From assembly GCA_963749415.1 (NCBI GenBank), contig CAVVMG010000001.1, positions 1,486,765 through 1,550,764 of the forward strand: a DNA stretch of 64,000 bases, in the 5' to 3' direction. The position numbers and the translations under genes were made by a program. Below the pieces are notes generated by a model, which ran no database searches, was not told where the DNA came from, and saw only the letters and a program-made list of their open reading frames with translations. Source of the DNA: an uncultured Acidobacteriota bacterium (GTDB lineage: Bacteria; Actinomycetota; Acidimicrobiia; Spongiisociales; ZC4RG35). Positions within the stretch are counted from its first letter, which is position 1. Every line of letters begins with the position of its first letter. Below are positions 32,521 to 41,576 of this stretch, piece after piece.

Positions 32521-34158
32521 TCAGTCGAGGGCGTCTGGCTCCAGCTTGGCGAACAGCGGCCGGACCTCCCCCAACGGTGCCCCGGCCTCGATCGGCGGGC
32601 GACGCCAGCCGTCGACCTCCACCGGGCCGCCCAGCATCGCCCCCACCACCGGGGTGGTGAACGGGAGATAAGGGGAAAGGGCGACCCTGATCCCCGAAAT
32701 TGCCTGGATGGCCGTCCATAGGATCGTCTCGGCACGTTCCCGGTCTTCCTTGACCAACTTCCATGGGGCGTTTGCGTTGAGGTAGACGTTCACTTCGGAC
32801 GCCGCATCCATCGCTGCCCGCAGGCCGGCGCGAAGCTCCACCTTTTCGATGTGAGAGCCGACGGCATTCAGCGCCGCATCGACCTTCACCAGCAGCTCGT
32901 CGTCGTCGGGCCGGAGCGCCGAAGGCGAGGGAACCTTGCCGTCGAAATTGGCCGCCGTCAATGACAGGACCCGGTTCACGAGGTTGCCCCAGGTGGCCAC
33001 CAGCTCGTCGTTCACCCTTCGGATGATCTCCTCGTCGCTGAGGTCGGTGTCGTTCTGCTCGGGGAGAATCGAGGCGATGGCGTAGCGCAGAGGGTCGGGT
33101 TCCATGCGCTCGGCGTACCACCCCATCGATCGCCCCACCCCACGACTGGCCGAGGCTTTCTCCGTGCCAAAGGTCACGTATTGGTTGGCAGGGACATCCG
33201 TGGGGAGATCGAGCCCCCCATAGCCCATGAGCATGCCGGGCCAGATCACCGTGTGAAACGGGATGTTGTCCTTGCCCACGAAGTAGTAGGACTCGGCGTC
33301 GGGATCTTCCCACCAGCGCCGCCATGCTTCGGGGTCGTCACCGAGTTGGGCCCACTCCTTGGCCGCCGACAGATAGCCGATCACCGCGTCGAACCAAACG
33401 TAGATCCGCTTCCCGGGACCCAGGTCGTCGACGGGGACCTCGACTCCCCATTCGATGTCACGGGTGATGGCACGATCAGGCAGGCCCTCGTTGACCATCC
33501 CCAACGCCCAATTCTTGACATGCCGGCGCCAGCCGGTTCGGGACTCCAGCCACTCGCGGAGCGGTTCTTGGAGCTTGGACAACAGCAGGAAGAAGTGCTC
33601 GGTGTCTCGAAGCACAGGAGCTGCGCCGCTGAGTCGGGAGCGGGGCTCGATGAGGTCGGTGGCGTCCAAAGTGCGCCCGCAGTTCTCGCACTGGTCGCCT
33701 CGGGCTTCCGGGTAGCCGCAGTGGGGGCAGGTGCCCTCCACGTAGCGATCGGGAAGGAATCGCTCGGCTTCCGGGTCAAAGAACTGGGCAGTGGTCCGCT
33801 TGGCGAGGTAGCCATGCTCGAGGAGGCGCAGGAAGACATCTTGGGTCACCGCGTGGTGGTTGGGGGTGCCGGTCGAGGTGTACAGGTCCCATGAGATCCC
33901 GAGGAGGTCCCAGTTCTCGAGGAATTCGGCGTGGTACCGATCCACGATCACCTGGGGCTCGACCCCCTCGTTGTCGGCGCGGACTGTGATCGGCGTCCCG
34001 TGCACATCTGATCCGGACACCATCAGCACCTGGTTGCCGGCGAGGCGGTGGTAACGGGCGAAGATGTCAGCAGGCAGATAGGCGCCGGCCAGGTGCCCGA
34101 GGTGTCGGGGTCCCGAGGCATACGGCCATGCGACGGCAACGAGGATGTGACGGGGCAT
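32521..34158 (-). CDS. metG: Methionine--tRNA ligase
   Basis: 545 aa with the HIGH motif (PYASGPRHLGHLAG), KMSKS-like VGKDNIPFHTVIWPG and Zn-knuckle cysteines CPHCG...CENCG. The ATG at 34158 gives a canonical N-terminus. The upstream 100 aa of the 647-aa ORF in the track are junk. Confidence 0.92.
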   Translation of the reverse strand: MPRHILVAVAWPYASGPRHLGHLAGAYLPADIFARYHRLAGNQVLMVSGSDVHGTPITVRADNEGVEPQVIVDRYHAEFLENWDLLGISWDLYTSTGTPNHHAVTQDVFLRLLEHGYLAKRTTAQFFDPEAERFLPDRYVEGTCPHCGYPEARGDQCENCGRTLDATDLIEPRSRLSGAAPVLRDTEHFFLLLSKLQEPLREWLESRTGWRRHVKNWALGMVNEGLPDRAITRDIEWGVEVPVDDLGPGKRIYVWFDAVIGYLSAAKEWAQLGDDPEAWRRWWEDPDAESYYFVGKDNIPFHTVIWPGMLMGYGGLDLPTDVPANQYVTFGTEKASASRGVGRSMGWYAERMEPDPLRYAIASILPEQNDTDLSDEEIIRRVNDELVATWGNLVNRVLSLTAANFDGKVPSPSALRPDDDELLVKVDAALNAVGSHIEKVELRAGLRAAMDAASEVNVYLNANAPWKLVKEDRERAETILWTAIQAISGIRVALSPYLPFTTPVVGAMLGGPVEVDGWRRPPIEAGAPLGEVRPLFAKLEPDALD

Positions 34159-34196
34159 CGTGGTTGAGGGTAACGAGGGGGTGCCCACACCGATTC

Positions 34197-35105
34197 CTAT
34201 TGGGCGGTCACGATCCCAGGCTCGGGAACGTGCTTGGTCGCCCGCTCGGTGAGGATCACGCCGCCCACGATCAGCGCCGCACCGGCCAGGACGGTGAGGG
34301 TGATGGTCTCGCCGAGGAAGATCACTGCCAGAGTCACCGCGACCACGGGCACCAAGTAGCCGGAGACTCCGAGCCGAGACGCGGGATTGATTTCCGCCGC
34401 GATCAAGAAGGCGGTGAACGGCACTGCGGTGCCGAACGACCCGAGGATGGCGATCAGCGCCCACTGCGAGGGTTCGATCGACGAGACGGCGGTCTCCCCG
34501 AGAATGGGAAGGGCGACGAGGTAGACGAGCGTTGCGGTCGCGAACTGCGGTATGACCAGGCCCTCACCGCCCACCTCCAGCGCGAACTTGCGAGTCAGGG
34601 CCGACCCCACTCCGGCGAGGACGACTCCGATCAGTGCGACGCTCACTCCGCGGGCCAGGTTGTCGACGCCAGCCATGCTGGTGCCTCCGATGCCGACCAG
34701 GATCGCGGTCCCGAGGACCGAAACCAGCAGGCCGGGAGTCGACTTCGGGTTGAAGCGCTCGCCGGGGACGATGAAATGGGCGGAGACAATGGTGGTGAGG
34801 GGGATGAGGCCGATGAGCAGCCCGCCCAGGCTGACCGGGATGTCTTCGAGTGCCAGGGTCAGCAACGAGTTGGGGATGGTCATGGCGACGACCCCGAGGA
34901 TGATCCCCCGGCGCCAGTGCTCCCCGTCCAGGTCCCGAAGCTGCGCCCGGAATATCGCAACCACCAGGATTATGGAGAGGGCGATCCCGATCCGGAAGGG
35001 GAGCAGAGTGAAAGTGGAGATGCCGCTCTCGAGGATCGCTCTGGTGAGAACCGCCGAGGAGCCCCAGCCGAGAGTCGCCAGCACAAGGGGGGTCCATGGA
35101 TTCAT
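34197..35105 (-). CDS. EamA/DMT-family transporter (10 TM)
   Basis: 302 aa with two EamA-like repeats of ~140 aa, hydrophobic throughout. Confidence 0.8.
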   Translation of the reverse strand: MNPWTPLVLATLGWGSSAVLTRAILESGISTFTLLPFRIGIALSIILVVAIFRAQLRDLDGEHWRRGIILGVVAMTIPNSLLTLALEDIPVSLGGLLIGLIPLTTIVSAHFIVPGERFNPKSTPGLLVSVLGTAILVGIGGTSMAGVDNLARGVSVALIGVVLAGVGSALTRKFALEVGGEGLVIPQFATATLVYLVALPILGETAVSSIEPSQWALIAILGSFGTAVPFTAFLIAAEINPASRLGVSGYLVPVVAVTLAVIFLGETITLTVLAGAALIVGGVILTERATKHVPEPGIVTAQ

Positions 35106-35177
35106 GAGCCGGGCACGCTAACCGTGACCAGAGATGGGCTAAAAGATAAGTCCCGGCCCGCCGATAACCTGATCACC

Positions 35178-36236
35178 ATGAACAAGCGTCTTCTCGCTCT
35201 CGTTGCAGTGTGCACCCTGGCGGTCGCCGCCTGCGGCGACCCCGATCAGTCCGGTCCCACGACCCCGTTGGATGCTCCCGACGCCGCCCTCCTCGCCTAC
35301 TCGCTTGAGGCCGGTGACGAGTACCAATACGAGGTCGGGATCGACCAGCACATCGATGTCGAGGCCACCGGCGACTCGTCCGCGATGGGCGAAGAGCTTC
35401 CAGGCGCGGCCTCGGTCGACATCTCCGGAACGGGGACCTTCACTCACGCAGTGGCCGCGGGTCCGACGGAGGGGACCTACGAGATCCACATCACAGGTGA
35501 CTTCCAGGACCTCTCTGTGACCGGCACCGTTGACGGAGAGCCCGTGGACAGCAGCGAGGTCCCGGACTTCGCAGCTATGGAGCCGATCGACGCGACCGTC
35601 GTGGTCGACCAGCAGGGAAACATCGTCAGCGTCGACGGGGAGGAAGTCGAAGACCCGATGGCAGGCCTCTTTGGAGACCTTGGTTCGATGTCGACCCCAT
35701 CGGCACCCGGCCTCAATCCGGGCCAGTTCTTCGGCCCGTTGTTCTCCGATGAGGAGGTGACGGTGGGGGACACCTGGTCCGACGAAATCGAAACGCCGGG
35801 CCTCGTCGACGAGCCGATAGTCACCAGCGTCACCAACACGATCACCGGGGTGGAAGAGGTCGACGGCGCACAGGTCTACGTGATCGACACCGCCACCAGC
35901 ACCTCCCTCATCGAGATCGATCTCGCCGAATTCTTCCGCGGCATGTTCGGTGCGTTTGCACCCGAGGGCGCTACCGAGGAGCAGTCTGCCGAGTTCGAGG
36001 AGACCATGAGCCAGCTCCGATTCATGATGACCATCGACGACACCAGCTCCGAGGGCACGTCTCGATTCGACCCCGAAGCAGGCCTGGTCCGCTCCACCGA
36101 CATGGACTCAGGGTCACACATCACGATGGACATCCTGATTCCCGATGAGACGACCAACGAGATGGCCGGGTTCCAGATGGACATGACGCTCGATCAGCAG
36201 TTGACCTACCAGCTGCTCTCCGGGCCCAGCTCTTAA
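35178..36236 (+). CDS. Hypothetical acidic lipoprotein
   Basis: Signal and lipobox MNKRLLALVAVCTLAVAACG, then a ~330-aa very acidic (Asp/Glu/Thr-rich) domain with no recognised family. The first half of the 702-aa ORF in the track is antisense junk over the EamA gene. Confidence 0.6.
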   Translation: MNKRLLALVAVCTLAVAACGDPDQSGPTTPLDAPDAALLAYSLEAGDEYQYEVGIDQHIDVEATGDSSAMGEELPGAASVDISGTGTFTHAVAAGPTEGTYEIHITGDFQDLSVTGTVDGEPVDSSEVPDFAAMEPIDATVVVDQQGNIVSVDGEEVEDPMAGLFGDLGSMSTPSAPGLNPGQFFGPLFSDEEVTVGDTWSDEIETPGLVDEPIVTSVTNTITGVEEVDGAQVYVIDTATSTSLIEIDLAEFFRGMFGAFAPEGATEEQSAEFEETMSQLRFMMTIDDTSSEGTSRFDPEAGLVRSTDMDSGSHITMDILIPDETTNEMAGFQMDMTLDQQLTYQLLSGPSS

Positions 36237-36267
36237 GAGGAGTCTCTCCCGGCTGTACCATCCCAGG

Positions 36268-37221
36268 GTGACCCTGGCGCCTGCCCGTACCTCGATTCTG
36301 CCCGATCGGATCACCACTCCGACGCTGCGGTCGTTCCTCCGCTCCGTGCCCTCAGTCGATGAGGTAGGGGCCCAGGAGCGGGTCGCGGCCCTCTCCACGC
36401 GTTCGATCAAGAAGGAGTCGAAGCGGGTTGCCCTCGACTTGATCATCCGGATGATGGACCTGACCACCCTCGAGGGTAAGGACACCGCAGGGAAGGTCGC
36501 ACAGATGTCGGCAAAGGCAATCCGGCCCGATCCCACCGACCCCACGGTCCCGTCGGTGGCGGCGGTCTGCGTCTATCCGGCGATGGTCAAGTTCGCCTTG
36601 GAGGCCACCGAGGGCTCGACGGTGAAGGTGGCCAGCGTCGCCACCTACTTCCCCTCCGGGCTGGTCGACACCGACCTCAAGGTGGAGGAAGCCTCCCGGG
36701 TGGTGCGGTTGGGGGCCCATGAGGTGGACATGGTCATCGATCGTGGCGCTTTCCTCTCCGGCGAGTACTTCAAGGTCTTCGACGAGATCCGGAGGGTGAA
36801 GGACGCGTGTGGTGATGCCCATCTCAAGGTGATCCTGGAGACCGGGGAGCTGGTGGCCCTGGACAACGTCCGCCAGGCGTCGCTGCTGGCGATGGCTGCG
36901 GGAGCCGACTTCATAAAGACCTCGACCGGAAAGGTGCAGCCCGCGGCCACCCTGCCGGTGACTCTGGTCATGTTGGAGGCGATCCGGGACTTCATGGACG
37001 CCACCGGTGTCATGGTCGGGATGAAGCCGGCCGGTGGCATCAGAACGGCGAAGGACGCCATTCGCTATCTGGTGCTCCTCAATGAGACCCTCGGTGAGGA
37101 CTGGATGACCCCGGACTGGTTCCGGCTCGGAGCCTCGACCCTGCTCAACGACGTCTTGATGCAGATCCGCTGGCTGGAAACCGGCCGCTACTCGTCACCC
37201 GACTATTTCACCAAGGACTGA
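36268..37221 (+). CDS. deoC: Deoxyribose-phosphate aldolase (long form)
   Basis: DeoC motifs including MDLTTLEG, AAVCVYPAMV, the Schiff-base Lys region GADFIKTSTGK and VASVATYFPSG. GTG start. Confidence 0.85.
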   Translation: MTLAPARTSILPDRITTPTLRSFLRSVPSVDEVGAQERVAALSTRSIKKESKRVALDLIIRMMDLTTLEGKDTAGKVAQMSAKAIRPDPTDPTVPSVAAVCVYPAMVKFALEATEGSTVKVASVATYFPSGLVDTDLKVEEASRVVRLGAHEVDMVIDRGAFLSGEYFKVFDEIRRVKDACGDAHLKVILETGELVALDNVRQASLLAMAAGADFIKTSTGKVQPAATLPVTLVMLEAIRDFMDATGVMVGMKPAGGIRTAKDAIRYLVLLNETLGEDWMTPDWFRLGASTLLNDVLMQIRWLETGRYSSPDYFTKD

Positions 37222-37223
37222 TA

Positions 37224-38696
37224 GTGGCATCTGAGATCGCAACCACCCCTCCCTTGCGTTGGGAGTATGCCGGGTCCCGGGAGTCGGCCGATATTGCAAC
37301 CATCGATGACCGCTACGGGCTCTTCATCGACGGCGAGTTCGTCGCACCCAAGTCGGGAAGGCATTTCCCGACAATCAACCCGGCGACCGAGGAGCCGTTG
37401 GCCGAAGTGGCCGAGGCGGGTGCGGAGGACGTCGATGACGCGGTCACTGCTGCCCGTCGGGCCTTCACCCAGGTATGGGAGCCGATGGAGCCTTCGGAAC
37501 GAGCCAAGTACGTCTTCCGCATCGCTCGCATGATCCAGGAGCGCTCCCGGGAGCTGGCAGTGGTGGAGACCCTGGACGGGGGCAAGCCGATCAAGGAGGC
37601 CCGGGACGTCGACCTGCCCCTGGTGGCGGGCCACTTCTTCTACTACGCCGGTTGGGCCGACAAGTTGGAGTACGCCTTCCCCGGGATCCGGCCCCGACCA
37701 CTCGGCGTGGCCGGCCAGGTGATCCCCTGGAACTTCCCGTTGCTGATGCTCGCCTGGAAGGTGGCGCCGGCGCTGGCTGCCGGGAACACCGTCGTCCTCA
37801 AACCGGCGGAGACCACCCCGCTGACCGCTCTGATCGTCGCCCAGATCGCCGCCGAGGCCGGGTTGCCACCCGGTGTGCTCAATGTGGTCACCGGAGCCGG
37901 AGGCACCGGGGCGGCGGTGGTGGGGCATCCCGATGTCGACAAGGTCGCCTTCACCGGATCCACCGCGGTGGGCAAATCGATCCAGAGCCAGCTCGCCGGC
38001 AGCCACAAGAAGCTGACATTGGAATTGGGGGGCAAGGCGGCGCATGTGATCTTCGACGACGCCCCCCTCGATCAGGCGATCGAGGGTGTAATCAACGGGA
38101 TTTTCTTCAACCAGGGCCACGTCTGTTGCGCCGGGAGCCGACTTCTCGTCCAGGAAAGCATTCACGACCGTTTCGTGGACAAGCTCAAGCGCCGATTGTC
38201 CACGCTGCGGGTCGGCGACCCGATGGACAAGAACACCGACGTCGGAGCGATAAACAGCCGGGCCCAGCTGGAGAAGATCAACGAGCTGGTCGAGTCGGGG
38301 CTGGATGAGGGGGCCGAGATGTTCCAGCCCGACTGCGTCCTCCCCGACCGCGGGTTCTTCTTCAAGCCGACGCTGTTCACCAATGTCGCCCAATCCCACC
38401 GGATAGCCCAGGAGGAGATCTTCGGCCCGGTGCTCTCGATCCTCTCCTTCCGCACCCCCGAGGAGGCGGTGGAGAAGGCGAACAACACCCCATATGGTCT
38501 CTCGGCCGGGGTCTGGACGTCGAAGGGCTCACGGATCCTGTGGATGGCCGACCGCCTCCAGGCCGGCGTGGTCTGGGCCAACACCTACAACAAGTTCGAT
38601 CCCGCCTCGCCGTTCGGGGGATACAAGGAGTCGGGCTTTGGCCGTGAGGGCGGGCGCCACGGCCTGCTCGCCTATCTCGACTGGGACGAGTCGTGA
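37224..38696 (+). CDS. NAD(P)-dependent aldehyde dehydrogenase
   Basis: 490 aa with GxxxxG in VTGAGGTGAAVVGHP, LELGGKA, catalytic Cys in FFNQGHVCCAGSRL, and EEIFGPV. GTG start 3 nt after the deoC stop. Confidence 0.9.
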   Translation: MASEIATTPPLRWEYAGSRESADIATIDDRYGLFIDGEFVAPKSGRHFPTINPATEEPLAEVAEAGAEDVDDAVTAARRAFTQVWEPMEPSERAKYVFRIARMIQERSRELAVVETLDGGKPIKEARDVDLPLVAGHFFYYAGWADKLEYAFPGIRPRPLGVAGQVIPWNFPLLMLAWKVAPALAAGNTVVLKPAETTPLTALIVAQIAAEAGLPPGVLNVVTGAGGTGAAVVGHPDVDKVAFTGSTAVGKSIQSQLAGSHKKLTLELGGKAAHVIFDDAPLDQAIEGVINGIFFNQGHVCCAGSRLLVQESIHDRFVDKLKRRLSTLRVGDPMDKNTDVGAINSRAQLEKINELVESGLDEGAEMFQPDCVLPDRGFFFKPTLFTNVAQSHRIAQEEIFGPVLSILSFRTPEEAVEKANNTPYGLSAGVWTSKGSRILWMADRLQAGVVWANTYNKFDPASPFGGYKESGFGREGGRHGLLAYLDWDES

Positions 38697-39541
38697 GCCG
38701 GCTCGATGTTCGCAAGACCTACAAGCTGTACATAGGCGGCAAGTTCCCCCGCTCCGAGTCGGGACGCTCCTATCCGGCGCTCGCCGCCGACGGTGAGGTG
38801 CTGGCCCGGGTCGCACAGGGGAGTCGCAAGGACCTCCGCGACGCGGTGCGGGTGGCACGGGAAGCCGGCCCGGGCTGGGCCGGGACCAGCGGGTACAACC
38901 GGGGCCAGGTCCTGTACCGGGTCGCAGAGACGCTGGAGGACCGGGGTGGGACCTTCGTCGAGCAGCTCCAGGCGGTGGGAGTCGGCAAGAGGGCGGCTGC
39001 TGCAGAGGTTGGAGCTGCCGTCGATCGCATGGTCTGGTACGCAGGATGGGCCGACAAATTCGCCCAGATCTACGGCAACCTCAACCCGGTGGCCGGTCCC
39101 TTCTTCAACATCTCGGCGCCCGAGCCCACGGGGGTGGTCGGTGTGATCGCTCCCGAAGAGCCTTCCCTGCTCGGCCTGGTCTCGGAGTTGGCGCCGGTGC
39201 TGGTGCCGGGAAACACGGCTGTGGTCCTCGCCTCGGAGCGCATCCCGATGCCGGCGATCACGTTCACCGAGGTTCTCAACAGCTCGGACGTCCCCGGTGG
39301 AGTCGTCAACGTGCTCACCGGCCATAAGGACGAGTTGATCCCCTGGCTCGCCGACCACATGGATGTCAACGCCATCGCCGCCGGAGGGGCCACATCCGAG
39401 CAGGCGATGAGGGTCCAGGAAGGAGCGGTGCACAACGTGAAGCGGGTGGTGATGCCTTCCGGGAACGGCTCCACCCAGAGCCCGTATCGCATCGCTGCGT
39501 TCACCGAGACCAAGACGGTCTGGCACCCAAAGGGTCTGTGA
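38693..39541 (+). CDS. ALDH-superfamily-like protein lacking the catalytic domain (NAD-binding half plus an ALDH-type C-terminal tail only)
   Basis: 282 aa. Residues 1-235 align with the N-terminal/NAD-binding half of an ALDH (..WAGTSGYNRGQVLYRVAETLEDRG..PGGVVNVLTG..). It stops where ELGGK and the catalytic Cys should begin, then ends with an ALDH-like tail SPYRIAAFTETKTVW. GTGA overlap with the preceding ALDH. Confidence 0.6.
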   Translation: MSRLDVRKTYKLYIGGKFPRSESGRSYPALAADGEVLARVAQGSRKDLRDAVRVAREAGPGWAGTSGYNRGQVLYRVAETLEDRGGTFVEQLQAVGVGKRAAAAEVGAAVDRMVWYAGWADKFAQIYGNLNPVAGPFFNISAPEPTGVVGVIAPEEPSLLGLVSELAPVLVPGNTAVVLASERIPMPAITFTEVLNSSDVPGGVVNVLTGHKDELIPWLADHMDVNAIAAGGATSEQAMRVQEGAVHNVKRVVMPSGNGSTQSPYRIAAFTETKTVWHPKGL

Positions 39542-40494
39542 CCCGGCTCGACTCCCTGAAGTTCAGCTATCCGGAGGTGGGCGCCACTCGGTCCCTCGAC
39601 GTCTCCGGTCCGCCCATGGAGAGCGATCACTATCGAGTTTTCGATGAGACCTGGGTCGTGGGCGCCGACCGTTCCCAATTCGAAGCAGCCTCGGAGTGCT
39701 TGATGACCCTCGACATGCATCGGGCCGCCGGGCTGGCGGTGAGGATGGGGCCTGACCTGGTGGAGGAGGGCTCCGCCTTCACACTTGGCATCGGGATTGG
39801 CCCATTTCGGATCGACGCTCCGTGCCGGGTGGTGTACACACTCGATGACACTGCGGATCGCTCAGGGTTCGCATACGGCACGCTGGTGGGGCACCCGGAG
39901 CGCGGCGAGGCGCGCTTCGAGCTGACGCACGACGAAGGGCAGCGGCAGGTCCGCTTCAGGATCGCAACGTTTTCCCGACCTGCCTCCCTGTTGGCTCGAC
40001 TCGGGGGAGCGGTGACCCGTTTCGCGCAGCGACAGGCCAACAAGAGATATCTGGCCGCGATCGACGCCGCGTGCTCCCCGGACGACGCGGCAGAGCTCGA
40101 TCGGCATTTCGCTCTCCCACGGCTTCTGGTCGGATTGGCCTTGACGGTCGCGAGCCTGTCCATCGTTGTCTGGGACATTTCCCGACTGTCGGGTCATCCG
40201 GGCGCGCTCGGGATCGCAGCCTTCCTGTCGCTGGCGGTTGTCCCCTTGGCCACCCTGGCGAGGATCGTGCCTTCCAGCCGCGCCGAGCTCGCCCGCAGCC
40301 GCATCGGGCCCAAACCAACCCTGAAGGTCTGGTTGCTGGCCGCGGCATGGGTGGTCGCGTTCCTCGCCCTCATCTATTCGGTCCCTCTCGCCTTGCGCGT
40401 GATGGCAGTTCCGGCTGCCGTGTCGGTCCTGGTGATCGGGATCCGGTTCGCGTGGCGTGGGGCGAGAACGCTCTTGGCTCAGAAGGGCATCTAG
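39538..40494 (+). CDS. DUF1990-domain protein with a C-terminal 4-TM membrane anchor
   Basis: N-terminal LKFSYPEVGATR... matches the DUF1990 start motif. The C-terminal 120 aa are hydrophobic. GTGA overlap with the upstream gene. Confidence 0.6.
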   Translation: MTRLDSLKFSYPEVGATRSLDVSGPPMESDHYRVFDETWVVGADRSQFEAASECLMTLDMHRAAGLAVRMGPDLVEEGSAFTLGIGIGPFRIDAPCRVVYTLDDTADRSGFAYGTLVGHPERGEARFELTHDEGQRQVRFRIATFSRPASLLARLGGAVTRFAQRQANKRYLAAIDAACSPDDAAELDRHFALPRLLVGLALTVASLSIVVWDISRLSGHPGALGIAAFLSLAVVPLATLARIVPSSRAELARSRIGPKPTLKVWLLAAAWVVAFLALIYSVPLALRVMAVPAAVSVLVIGIRFAWRGARTLLAQKGI

Positions 40495-40556
40495 CCACTG
40501 CTGACCCCCGGGTCGGTTCGGTTCGTTAGCCTGCCCGCCCTGTCAGGACCGATGCG

Positions 40557-41576
40557 TTGACTGCAAACTCAAACGACAAGACTGCCCCTTCGCCGGTCAC
40601 CTGGGGCGTGCTCGGCGTTGCCGGGATCGCCGTGCACAAGGTCATACCGGCGATGCAGGCGACGGGCACCACTCCGGTCACGGCGATTGCCTCGCGCTCC
40701 TCGGGCAAGGCGGAGGAGGCGGCGGTGGCCCTCGGCATCGACAGGGCTTATGGCTCCTACGAGGAGTTGCTCGCCGATGAGGACATCGAGGCGGTGTACA
40801 TCCCGCTCCCCAACCATCTCCACTCCGAGTGGACGGAGAAGGCGGCGGTGGCGGGCAAACACGTCCTCTGCGAGAAGCCGCTCGCGATGGGCAGCGCCCA
40901 GGCCAGGCAGATGATCGACATATGCGACCGCGCCGGCGTGAAGCTCATGGAGGCCTTCATGTATCGGCTCCATCCGATGTGGGTGGAGGCGCGACGCCTC
41001 ATCGATTCGGGAGCGATCGGCGAGCTCCTCGCCGTGCAGTCGTTCTTCTCGTACCGCAACATCGACCCCGACAACATCCGCAACATCGCCGACTTCGGAG
41101 GTGGTGCCCTGATGGACATCGGTTGTTACCCGGTGAATGTCTCCCGAATGCTCTTCGGTTCCGAGCCGACCGGTGTGAAGGCGTTCATTCGCCGCGATCC
41201 CGATTTCGGGACCGATGTCGTCACCTCAGCCGTACTCGACTTCGGCGGTCGGCAGGCGACGTTCACCTGCTCCACACAGATCGAAGACAACCAGAGCGTG
41301 GAGATCGTGGGTACCAGCGGCCGGCTCGAGATCGAGATTCCGTTCAACATTCCTCCCGACCGGCCCACCAGGCTGTTCCAATTCGGCGGTGGAAATCCGC
41401 CGGCAGCCCCGAATGTCGAGGTCCACGAATTCGCCGCGGCGGACCAGTACGGCATCCAGGCCGAAGCCTTCTCCCGGGCCATTCGCGGCGACATCCCGGT
41501 ACCGACCGATCCCGCCGATGCTGTCGCCAACCTGGTGGTGATGGAGCGCATCGTCGCCGACTCGCTGGTCGCCTGA
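40557..41576 (+). CDS. Gfo/Idh/MocA-family NAD(P)-dependent oxidoreductase
   Basis: Rossmann N-terminus VTWGVLGVAGIAVHKVIPA, EKPLAMGSAQARQMID and a C-terminal alpha/beta domain. TTG start tentative. Confidence 0.8.
   Translation: MTANSNDKTAPSPVTWGVLGVAGIAVHKVIPAMQATGTTPVTAIASRSSGKAEEAAVALGIDRAYGSYEELLADEDIEAVYIPLPNHLHSEWTEKAAVAGKHVLCEKPLAMGSAQARQMIDICDRAGVKLMEAFMYRLHPMWVEARRLIDSGAIGELLAVQSFFSYRNIDPDNIRNIADFGGGALMDIGCYPVNVSRMLFGSEPTGVKAFIRRDPDFGTDVVTSAVLDFGGRQATFTCSTQIEDNQSVEIVGTSGRLEIEIPFNIPPDRPTRLFQFGGGNPPAAPNVEVHEFAAADQYGIQAEAFSRAIRGDIPVPTDPADAVANLVVMERIVADSLVA

Noticed and set aside
32438-33325. Upstream 296 aa of the 369-aa minus-strand ORF 32216-33325
   Set aside because: Arg/Gly-rich read-through overlapping metG in another frame. 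Only the C-terminal 73 aa (PGPGW protein) are credible.
34128-35177. N-terminal 350 aa of the 702-aa ORF 34128-36236
   Set aside because: Arg/Asp/Gly-rich junk antisense to the EamA transporter. The real gene is the lipoprotein starting at ATG 35178.
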